Below, piece after piece: positions 11,394 through 20,699 of a DNA stretch of 64,000 bases. The first letter of the stretch is position 1, and every line of letters starts with the position of its first letter. Below the pieces are notes generated by a model, which was not told where the DNA came from, made no database searches, and saw nothing but the letters and a program-made list of their open reading frames with translations. The position numbers were made by a program, and so were the translations under genes. Origin of the DNA: Eledone cirrhosa (lineage: Eukaryota); the NCBI GenBank assembly GCA_964016885.1, contig OZ024756.1, forward strand, positions 3,472,001-3,536,000. Direction: 5' to 3'.

Positions 11394-11690
11394 TTTCATT
11401 TTTTCCGTTTATCGTTTTCAGTGCACCCGGCCGATTAACCCACTCGATATGCAAATTGGACTACTCAGCCGTTAATATGCATAAGGTAAGTATATACGTT
11501 CAACAATCTGGCAGGAAGGTATACGTTGCTGACGATAGCTAACAAGCTTGAAACTAGTACAGCGTTCCTTTGTCAGTGTTGAACAAACGAGCAACGGTGG
11601 TTGCTAGACACTACGGCTTAATACGGGATGTTTGTTTACAAACACACCGAGCATTATAATAAATGTTCGGTGAATCCATACGTGCATATA
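11392..11690 (+). mobile_element. Solo PLE pLTR / retrozyme-like unit between (TA)n tracts
   Basis: ~300-bp complex island flanked by TA repeats. It contains a donor-like AAG|GTAAGT (11486), the hammerhead (11523-11565) and AATAAA (~11658). Confidence 0.7.
11523..11565 (+). ncRNA. Minimal type I hammerhead ribozyme motif
   Basis: ACGUUG-CUGACGA-U-AGCU-AACA-AGCU-U-GAAA-CUAG-UA^-CAGCGU. Stem I is ACGUUG/CAGCGU and stem III is the palindrome ACTAGT. Predicted cleavage is after 11559. Confidence 0.87.
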
Positions 11691-11766
11691 TATATGTGTG
11701 CATGTATGTATATATATATACATACTACTGTACGTCGGTATACATATATGTATGTACGTGTACATA

Positions 11767-11805
<39 letters not shown>

Positions 11806-12409
11806 TATTTTCCGTTGTGTTGTAATATAAATATTACACACAGTAAATTATCAGCTCACGTAGAGTTTTCTCGACGGTTCCAGTTCTAGTTCCAAAAGTA
11901 ATCCGGAGAAAAATAGAAAGATTTGAATGGATACAGTTTAGTTGAAAGGAATTTATTGACACGTGTTTCTATAACAGTTACATAACCTAAAACAGCTGCT
12001 ATCTACAAACTTTTAGTTATGCAGACATTCAATATTTCAATGTTATTATTTACTGTCATTTCATCAGAATAATATTACTGAGGACCTATTTAGTTTTTAT
12101 AGAGAATATTAGGAGGGAGGGGTGAAGTTGTTAGAAGAATAGTTGAAGAAACTGTTGAATAACAGAATTGAACGAACATTATTCTGCCGTCACAGAACTA
12201 AAACCCTTTTTTCCCACTACAAGCCGAATATTACATAAAAGAGGGACATCCCCCAACTATATAAACCTTAATCTAGTTAGAAAAATATAAAAACAATCTC
12301 TTCTCAACATATATTAATAACCTTAAATTACCACACTAATAATGGAAAGATATGCTGATGAGAATAGGTGCAAATATGCGATAATGAATGTGTCTAAAAA
12401 CGTCCATAA

Positions 12410-12555
12410 GTATGTATATATATGTGAAAATGTATATAAATAAGTAAATATATATATATGTTTGATGTGTATAGTTAGATGTAAGTGTATTCATGTATTA
12501 AAGTGCTTATATATATGTATATATATATGTATATATATATGTGTATGTATGTGTA

Positions 12556-12630
<75 letters not shown>

Positions 12631-12905
12631 GTATATGTATGTATATATGTGTATATAGATGTGTATGTATGTGTATGTGTGTACACATGGACTAGAGTAA
12701 GTATGTATATATGTGTGTGTCTATACGTGTGTATATAAAGATAAGTTGAGTATGAAAATGTATACACATGAGCGCGTAAGTATGTACATGAATACATGTG
12801 TGTATATATATGTGTATGCATGTGTATATATATGTAAGTATGAATATGTGAATTGTGAGTATATGTATTTTGTAGAGGTGTGCAAATATATTTGTGTGTG
12901 AATGC
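12410..12905. repeat. (TA)n/(TG)n low-complexity tract inside the PLE remnant
   Basis: Direct reading. Confidence 0.95.
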
Positions 12906-13200
12906 GTGGGTGAAAGGATTCGTACACTTGAAAGAAAAATTTAAGTCTGAATGTTAATTAAGTGCAAACACAAAACCAACCACGCATATCTTTACTATCT
13001 CTAATCCTTCTATAGATTTAGAAAAATAACCAATAATATATTCTATAAAAAATGTCAAAACAACAGATGGGAATCTAATTACTCACTGCCACCAAGAATT
13101 CTCACTGCTATCGAAAAACCACTCCTTCAACTATTCTTCTAACAACTTCACCCCTCCCTCCTAATATTCTCTATAAAAACTAAATAGGTCCTCAGTAATA

Positions 13201-13320
13201 TTATTCTGATGAAATGACAGTAAATAATAACATTGAAATATTGAATGTCTGCATAACTAAAAGTTTGTAGATAGCAGCTGTTTTAGGTTATGTAACTGTT
13301 ACAGAAACACGTGTCAATAA
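13201..13320 (+). ncRNA. Type I hammerhead-like motif with a ~91-nt stem II domain (inverted twin at ~11953-12072 on the minus strand)
   Basis: UUAUU-CUGAUGA-aaUGACAGU-[...]-ACUGUUAca-GAAA-CACGUG-UC^-AAUAA. Stem I is UUAUU/AAUAA and stem III is the palindrome ACACGTGT. The stem II closing pair is non-canonical. Confidence 0.72.
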
Positions 13321-13354
13321 ATTCCTTTCAACTAAACTGTATCCATTCAAATCT

Positions 13355-13416
<62 letters not shown>

Positions 13417-13694
13417 GTGTGTGTGTGTGTTTGAGTTGGGTTGACAAAAAACATAAACAAAAAAAATGATAACCATATAAAAAACACCGGATTGGATGGT
13501 AATGACTGGGCTCGGCAAAGATGATACAATATTCGATTATAGATCGATACAAAATGGAAGTATGGAAGAGTTTTAGTAGCACAATCCAGTTAATGTTTGT
13601 ATATTGAAGAATGTTGGCCATTTTCTAATAGTAACTTTCTAAGGCTGGTTTAATGTCCATTCTTCTCCCATTTTCTTTTAATTAGCGTCTTTCC

Positions 13695-14150
13695 ATATCT
13701 GGCTCTACGACCATGTCCATCCTACCTCTACTCATCCACTTTGACTTTTATTCTACGACGCTCCATCCATGACCATCCACACCTTTTCTTAACAGCGCTA
13801 CACCTATGACCATGTCAATTATTTTTTTAAGGTGCTCTAGCCCTACTAATTCTTGGTATATTTTCAGCGGTGAGCCAATCCTGTCTGTCCACCATCTTTC
13901 TAACGGCGCTCCAGGCATGACCATCCACATTCTTTCTTAATGGTGCTACAGCTATGACTATGTATTCTACTTTTTAATGGTGCTATATCCCTTCTCATCC
14001 GGGTTTTTTCAAACTGTGTACCAACCGTACCCGCTTCAAATAGCACCATCTACCCTCCTTTTTAATGATGCTGCACCTGTGACCCTCTAACTTCTTTTCA
14101 AATGTCTCCCGTTGAACCGCTTTTCAATGCGTTCCAGCCGTTACCATCCA
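13695..14150. repeat. Degenerate minisatellite-like repeats (AATGGCGCTCCAGCCATGACCATCC-like units)
   Basis: Recurring GCTCCA/GCTACA...ATGACCAT motifs at about 13760, 13797, 13907, 13943, 14070 and 14130. Confidence 0.6.
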
Positions 14151-14869
14151 GTAGAATTACCATGATTCTCAAATGGTCCTTCAAACAATGAAAGAAAATT
14201 CCTCACCAGTGGAATTTGAACTAAGAACTTAAACATTTGTAATTATATACCGTTAGGTATGTCTTCACGACCACCCCACACCTTATTTTACCAGAACTTT
14301 ATAACAAGACACCCACCTTTCCTCTCTCCACACCACACCCCCATCATGAGATTACTCAAGTGATACGTGTTGGGTTAGTAGTGACTTTGAAACCATCGCT
14401 TGTGATCCTCAAAGAAGCTAGCTGATACGTCCATCGTTCTCTAGTATACTTGGTTGTGCAAATAAAGGTTTTGATTACTTGCTGTTGAGGTTGGTGTTGA
14501 TGTCTGTATGATGACAGCTTGTTAAGAACCTTCAGACTATTGTAGTATAGAAAATCTCTCACTTATTAGCACTATCTTCTTTGAGAAAAGATTCTACTAC
14601 AAACACTGTGTGGAATTCATACAAATGTTAGCAGCAAAAACTGGCAATTCTTCGTGGTAACATTTTCTTGTGTAAATATTTTCTTTCTTTCAATCTTTCA
14701 TTCGTTCATTCCTCCTTTCCTTCCTTCCTTTCTTTCCTCATTTATTTATTTATATTTTTCTGCAAATAAGACCCATATTCGTAACTCCTGTGTCGTTTAA
14801 GCGTTATTAATTTTCAAAGTTGCATTTTTTGATGTTGTTGTTGCTGCCGCCATTAATGTTGATTTTGTT

Positions 14870-15160
14870 GATGCTATCCATATTATTATTATTATTGTTG
14901 TTGTTGTTGCTGTTCGCGTTATTGTTATTGTTATAGCTACTCAATGAGCTTAGTTTTTGTGGTTGTTGTTGTTACTGTTGTTGTGATATTTTATATATTG
15001 TTGTGGTTGTTGTTGTTACTGTTGTTGTGATATTTTATCTATTGTTGTGGTTGTTGTTGTTACTGTTGTTGTGATATTTTATCTATTGTTGTGGTTGTTG
15101 TTGTTACTGTTGTTGTGATATTTTATATATTGTTGTTGCTGTTGTTGTTGCTGTTATTTA
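14870..15160. repeat. (GTT)n-rich tract containing 4 tandem 44-bp units
   Basis: TTGTGGTTGTTGTTGTTACTGTTGTTGTGATATTTTAT(A/C)TATTG starts at 14957, 15001, 15045 and 15089. Confidence 0.92.
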
Positions 15161-15240
15161 TTAGTCATCAAAAAACTGATGTCGTGGTTGATATTACAGC
15201 CATTATGGATGTTTTAACATTGTAATTACTACCATCTTGT

Positions 15241-15430
15241 ATTGGCAGAATCGGTAGAGGGTCGGACGCAATGCTTTGCAGCGTAGTGTTACGTCCCTTT
15301 GCGGTCTAAGTTCAAATCCTGCCCAGATTAACTTTGCCTTTCATCCTTACGGGGGTCGATAAAATAAAGTACCAGTAATACACTGGGTAATTGCTGTCCT
15401 TGTGCCAAAAGTAGAAACAATTATTATTAT
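15241..15430 (+). mobile_element. Full-length SINE (short variant) whose (ATT)n tail runs into a trinucleotide tract
   Basis: TTGGCAGAATCGGTAG...AAGTTCAAATCC...AACTTTGCCTTTCATCC...GTGCCAAAAGTAGAAACAATTATTATT. Confidence 0.88.
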
Positions 15431-16395
15431 AGTAGTAGTAGTAGTAGTAGTAATAGTAGTAGTTATCAACAGCACCACTATCATCATCATCACAACCACC
15501 GTCATCATCATCAGTAGCAGCATCACCACCAGCAACAACAACAACAACAAAAGCACTATAATAATTATCATTATGATCACCTTCATCATCACCACCACCA
15601 CCACCACTACCACTACCAGCATCATCATCATCACTACCACCATCGTAATCATGAACACCACCATCATCACCAGAAGCAGTATCATCACCATCACCATCAC
15701 CACCAGTAACACCACCATCGCCATCAACATCTATATCATGGCCATTATCTTCACCACCATCACCACCATCACCATCACCATCACCACCATCACCACCACC
15801 ACCACCATCACCACCACCATCATCACCATCGCCACCACCATCACCACCACCATCATCACCACCATCATCACCATCGCCACCACCATCATCACCATCATCA
15901 CCATCACCACCACCACCACCATCACCACCACCACCATCATCACCACACCACCATCACCACCACCATCACCACCACCACCACCATCACCACCACCATCACC
16001 ACCACCACCACGATCACCACCACCATCATCACCATCACCAACATCACCACCATCATCACCACCATCACCACCACCATCATCACCACCACCACCATTATCA
16101 CCACCACCATCATCACCACCATCATCACCATCACCACCATAGCCACGACCGTCACCACCACCACCATCATCATCACCACCGCCACCATCACCACCACCAC
16201 CATCATCACCACCAACATCATCACCACCACCACCATCATCATCACCACCACCACCATCACCACCACCATCATCACCACCACCATCATCACCACCACCATC
16301 ATCACCACCACAACCACCGTCACCACCTTCACCACCACCATCACCCCCCCACACACACCATCACCCCCCACCACCACCACCGTCATCACCACCAT
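15431..16395. repeat. ~960-bp (TAG)/(CAT)/(CAC)n trinucleotide tract
   Basis: Direct reading. Confidence 0.97.
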
Positions 16396-16607
16396 GTCCA
16401 TTATTGTCAGTATTAATGGTATCACTTGACTACAGACATTGGCCAAAGCTATGGCCAGCTGAGGAGGCTGGGGAGGCTGGGGAGGCTGGGAAGGTTGTCT
16501 TGGAGAGCAAACATGGCGGATTACAATAACAAAGAGAGAGAGATTACAACTACAACAACGGTACAACTGAAGTGGTAAATCTAGTGGTCGTACTGTGAGT
16601 ATAGGTT

Positions 16608-17080
16608 AGATAGAGAGGGGGCGAGTGGGGGGAGAGGGGGAGTGAGTGGGGAGAGGGGGAAAGTGAGTGGGGGGAAGGAGAGTGAGTAGGGAGGAGAGGA
16701 GGGAGAGTGAGTGGGGGGAGAGGAGGGAGAGTGAGTGTGAGGAGGGAGGGAGAGTGAGTGAAGGGGGATAGTGAGTGTGAGAGGAGGAGAATGAGTAAGA
16801 GAAGAGGGAGAGTGTATAAGAGGGGAGGGAGAGATAGTGAGTGAGAAGGGAGTGTGAGTGAGAGGGGAGGGGGGAGATAGTTAGAGAGGGGAGAGTGAGT
16901 GTGAGAGGGGAGAGTGAGTGAGAGAGGGGGAGTGATAGTGAAAGAGGGGGAGAGTGAGTGAAAGAGGGGGGAGAGTGAGTGAAAGAGAGGTTGAGTGAGT
17001 GAGAGGGGGGGGGGATAGTGACAGGGAGGGGAGAAAGAGAGTGAAAAGAGAGACAGAGAAAAATGGAAAATAAAAGGAAA
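16608..17080. repeat. Purine-rich (GA/GAGT/GGGA) low-complexity tract
   Basis: Direct reading. The plus strand is almost C-free. Confidence 0.95.
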
Positions 17081-17275
17081 TACTGGGACCATACGATATA
17101 TATATATATAATGATATGTTGATTTAAAACTGAACTATCCACAAGTGTTTTTTAATCTTCATATCATGTCTTCCTGTTTTATCTGATGAAAACTCAAATA
17201 TTATTGCATGATGATATTTGTTTTTGAAATGCGCATAATAAAATACATGGAACTCTTTTAACCATCTTTTGTTCT

Positions 17276-17343
<68 letters not shown>

Positions 17344-17350
<7 letters not shown>

Positions 17351-18211
17351 TAGTCCTTCATCAGTGATCTTCCAACCGTCATTGGTATTTCATCGCTTTA
17401 AAGACCATATACCTCCGGTTGGTGCGAGCAACGGCTAAAAAAGGTCGTTGGGACACGTAAATAAAGGGGACACGAGAGTGTAAACAAACAAAGATGGTGA
17501 AGCAACGAAAAGTTGAAGATCACTGATGAAGGACTAACTTTATTCATATGTAACCCATTAGCAACCACGCACCACGTTTATTCTCATATTTACACATATT
17601 TTTTTCCCCGCTGTGACCCGTCTATTTCGTTCTTACTGCTTCCTCTTTCTCTGTATCTTTACCCTCTCTAGCAGTCACTCTCTCTGTTAGCCTCTTCCTC
17701 ACCCTTCACTCACTCATTCTCTGTTACTACCTCTCCTCCTTCTTCCCGTTTGACCTGTGCGTAATTCTTTTCTTTCGCACCCTTCGTCAGGCAGGTCGCT
17801 TTTTTTCTCTCTCTCGTCTACGATTTCACAGAACTTACGTTCACCGAATTCACAGACTAGATTCCTTCTTCCTCCCGTTAGACCTGTACGGAATTCCTTC
17901 CTTGCTCACATTCCAACCAGGTTTGATGGTCTTTATTCTCTCTCGTTCACGATTTCACCGAATTTATATTCATGGAAATTTGGGACTTGACTCCTTCTTC
18001 CTCACTTTTCGTTGCTTCACCATCTTTGTTTGTTTACACTCTCGTGTCCCCTTTATTTACGTGTCCCAAAGACATTTTTTAGCCGTTGCTCGCACCAACC
18101 GGAGGTATATGGTCTTTAAAGCGATGAAATACCAATGATGGTTGGAAGATCATTGATGAAGGACTAACTTTATTCATATGTAACCCATTAGCAACCACGC
18201 AGCACGTTTAT

Positions 18212-18218
<7 letters not shown>
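17344..18218 (+). mobile_element. Probable non-autonomous PLE derivative: inverted terminal segment, partial direct terminal repeat, body and terminal repeat, inserted in (TA)n
   Basis: 17344-17513 is the reverse complement of 18004-18173. 17515-17588 is a direct copy of 18145-18218. (TA)n lies on both sides, and there is an internal ~129-bp diverged tandem duplication (17745/17874). Confidence 0.72.
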
Positions 18219-18246
<28 letters not shown>

Positions 18247-18269
18247 TATATAAATAAGTCTAAAGTCTG

Positions 18270-18535
18270 TCTTAAGCCCGAAGGTTCATTTGGCCGGTGC
18301 TTATCCCGATTTCATGGCGTGAAGCGACTGAGAGTACAAGACTCCTCCCTGGACAAGACGCCAGTCCATCACAGGGTTAAACCTCCAGCTATTGCTGGTA
18401 CTCATTTTCAGCTGAGTATACTGGAGCAACGTGAAATGAAGTGTTTTGCTCAAGAACACAACACGCAACCCAGGAATCGAGCCCACGACATTATGATCGT
18501 AAGTCCAACACTCTTACCACTAGGCCACTTGCCTG
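18270..18535 (-). mobile_element. tRNA-derived SINE of a second family
   Basis: Minus head: AGGCAAGTGGCCTAGTGGTAAGAGTGTTGGAC...GGGCTCGATTCCTGGG (A and B boxes). Body: TTCTTGAGCAAAACACTTCATTTCACGTTGCTCCAGT...AATGAGTACC...GATGGACTGGCGTCTTGTCCAGGG. Confidence 0.85.
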
Positions 18536-18714
18536 AGCGAGAGAGAGGGAGAGTTTAGAACTGACTCTTACAGGACTAGAACTGTTTTATCCATATAAAA
18601 TCATCAAGTTATTCATATCTTTTCTATATAAATTAAACATTCTTCTTCTCTAGTAACGTATTGCATGATTTATTCAACAGGTTTTTTCCTGATTCCCTTC
18701 AAAGACTCTCCTCA

Positions 18715-18717
<3 letters not shown>

Positions 18718-18751
<34 letters not shown>

Positions 18752-18910
18752 ACACACATATACACACGAGCACACACACACACACAGAGGAGCGCGCACA
18801 CACCCACCCACATACACACACATATATATATATATATATATACACACACCCAGAAGCACACACACACACACACACACCCAGAAGCACACACATACACACA
18901 CAAACACACA
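18718..18910. repeat. (CA)n compound microsatellite
   Basis: Direct reading. Confidence 0.97.
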
Positions 18911-19204
18911 TTTCTCTCGGTTCTGCAGGCCTATATAACGTTTTGTTGTGTTTATTTGCGGATGGTCAGCAGTGTTCTATGTATCAAATCTCCCCCTCCT
19001 TTCCACGGCCCTAATTCTGGTTGATGGAAAGACAAAGGTTTCTCCGAAGTGGCACCAATTCCTTCACGGGTAAATCCTGAAAATGAAGAACCAGAAGAAA
19101 TATCACAAAAGGCCAAAATATAAAGGAGCGGATCATCAGGTCACAACACGGAGATACATTAGACATTCCATTCCTGGTAATACCTGGAGGTCGTAACTCC
19201 TCAC

Positions 19205-19390
19205 AAAAGCAGGCGGGATTTGAACTCAAAATGCCACCACAGATTTCCATTGAACGCACTAGTAATTCCACCACTCCGCCTATCTGAACACGTGTATTAT
19301 TTTAACACCGGAAGTATTCGAAGGAAAATCTACCTTAGTGGAGATTGAACTCAGAATATAGAAGCCTGTCAGAAATACCGCAAGGCATTT
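19205..19390 (-). mobile_element. Two decayed SINE head fragments
   Basis: GGCGGGATTTGAACTC (19212) and GGAGATTGAACTCAGAA...AAATACCGCAAGGCATTT (19340-19390). Confidence 0.6.
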
Positions 19391-19429
19391 ATATGTGTGT
19401 GTATCTATCTATCTATTTATCTATCTATG

Positions 19430-20030
19430 TCACTTGTACACTGCCCGGGCGTAACCGACCTGTGGAACTATGCAGAATAACTGCTGTCGCGTATGGGACA
19501 AATCCAGTTGAGTCCATAGTAAGGATCAAACCGCCAGCCTCTTTCAAAAAGGAAAGAGAGGCGGTTTTCCTCTGCACGGTGGCTATGGTGAAAGAAGTTA
19601 TATGGTGGACGAGGTTGAGAGGACTGAGGACAGATGCCTTTCTCTCCGGACAACAATTGATTCCCTTCTTTAAATATCACTTTAGAAGGAGAATCAGGGT
19701 GGAGAGAGAGGCAATGCACCCCAGTAAATTTACTGAAAGGTGGGTGAATGAAGCGAAAATGGCTCGAGTGATTGGGCCATCTCTGTTTATAAGCCTGTAG
19801 GTTAAAGAAGAGAGCAAAAGGAAGAAGAGAGCACTTGCACAACACGCTCCTGAAGTTGAGGGTTGTTCTATCGATGGAGTATTAAACAACTCATTTGGGG
19901 ATTTCGGTTGTTGTAATTGTTTGTTTTTATATTTTTTACACGACTGTATGTAAAATCCCGGGCATGTCTTTGTATTGTCCCTTTTTCTTGTGCGCCCTTG
20001 TGGCTAATAAAGAAATATATCTATCTATCT
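19430..20030 (+). mobile_element. 5'-truncated L1/Tx1-like LINE: ORF2 C-terminus and 3' UTR
   Basis: Open frame to 19800: ...AVFLCTVAMVKEVIWWTRLRGL...FFKYHFRRRIRVERE...FTERW..., an L1/Tx1-type K-x-x-IW-x-x-R C-terminus. A T-rich UTR ends GTGGCTAATAAGAAATA and is followed by (TCTA)n. (TCTA)n also lies immediately upstream. Confidence 0.7.
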
Positions 20031-20039
20031 CACTCATAT

Positions 20040-20250
20040 CTTCGTACTCCTGGAGATGAGGGTTGCACATTTTTTCGGGGGTATGTGTTACCCAAATGAA
20101 ATGTCTCCCCCTATTGGGGAAAATCGATTAATTTTTAAGTTGCATTTGTGATAGTATTTTACACGTTTTTATTGTATGTAGACTTCGCATTTGTATTTGT
20201 CCCCTTCTTTTGTGCCCTTGTGGCTAATAAAGAAACATCTCTATCTATCT
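20040..20250 (+). mobile_element. Second 3'-UTR fragment of a related LINE, in tandem
   Basis: TTTGTATTTGTCCCCTTCTTTTGTGCCCTTGTGGCTAATAAAGAAACATCTCTATCTATCTCAC parallels 19969-20034. Confidence 0.75.
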
Positions 20251-20279
20251 CACTCTCTCGCTCAATTTATCCCTCCCCC

Positions 20280-20313
20280 TCAGTCCCTCTCTTTTTCTCC
20301 CTCTCTCTCCTCT

Positions 20314-20349
<36 letters not shown>

Positions 20350-20480
20350 ACACACGCACACACACGCATATATAAATATATACGTACGTATGTATATATA
20401 CATATATATATGTATGTACATTTGCTTCCCTTCCATGGTTGTGTGTATGCCGATATACGTGTATGTGAGGCCTCTGTATC

Positions 20481-20532
<52 letters not shown>
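20280..20532. repeat. (TC)n/(CA)n/(TA)n microsatellites
   Basis: Direct reading. Confidence 0.95.
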
Positions 20533-20699
20533 GCGAGCATATCAAAACAAAAATATGTGGATGGCTTCTAGAATTACACGAGATAGTATGCAAACATTAG
20601 TGGAAATCGTATATGTGTGGAAAATAATAACAAATTCAACTATAGTCAATTGCTATCCAATTGTAACAGGTTCCCCTCCTATTCCCCACAAAAGAGTTC

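Larger units (their letters stand above)
11913..13360 (+). mobile_element. 5'-truncated PLE with an inverted pLTR at its 5' junction
   Basis: 11913-12148 is the reverse complement of 13125-13360 (~236 bp; one mismatch noticed). 12152-12238 translates LLNNRIERTLFCRHRTKTLFSHYKPNIT*, resembling the LLN-x-R-x-E...CRH-x-x-K tail after PLE GIY-YIG endonucleases. The element ends in (TA)n. Confidence 0.8.

Noticed and set aside
14356-14680. Possible host exon (68-aa minus ORF) in non-repetitive sequence
   Set aside because: No recognisable domain and no convincing splice pair. It cannot be supported without RNA data.
14957-15135. Relationship between the 44-bp minisatellite and the 52-bp satellite
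   Set aside because: They share only low-complexity ACAACAAT, and the periods and remaining sequence differ.
15347-17142. Extensin-like (SPPPP), Gly/Asp-rich, Val/Met-rich and Leu/Ser/Pro ORFs
   Set aside because: They are products of (CAC/CAT)n and (GA)n tracts, open in several frames on both strands, and the start lies in a SINE tail.
17522-17545. Hammerhead at CTGATGAAGG (also 3258 and 7937)
   Set aside because: No correctly placed GAAA plus stem II/III and cleavage triplet, so these were not called as ribozymes.
18920-19200. Possible exon after TTCTGCAG acceptor
   Set aside because: All plus frames hit stops within a short distance and no homology was recognised.
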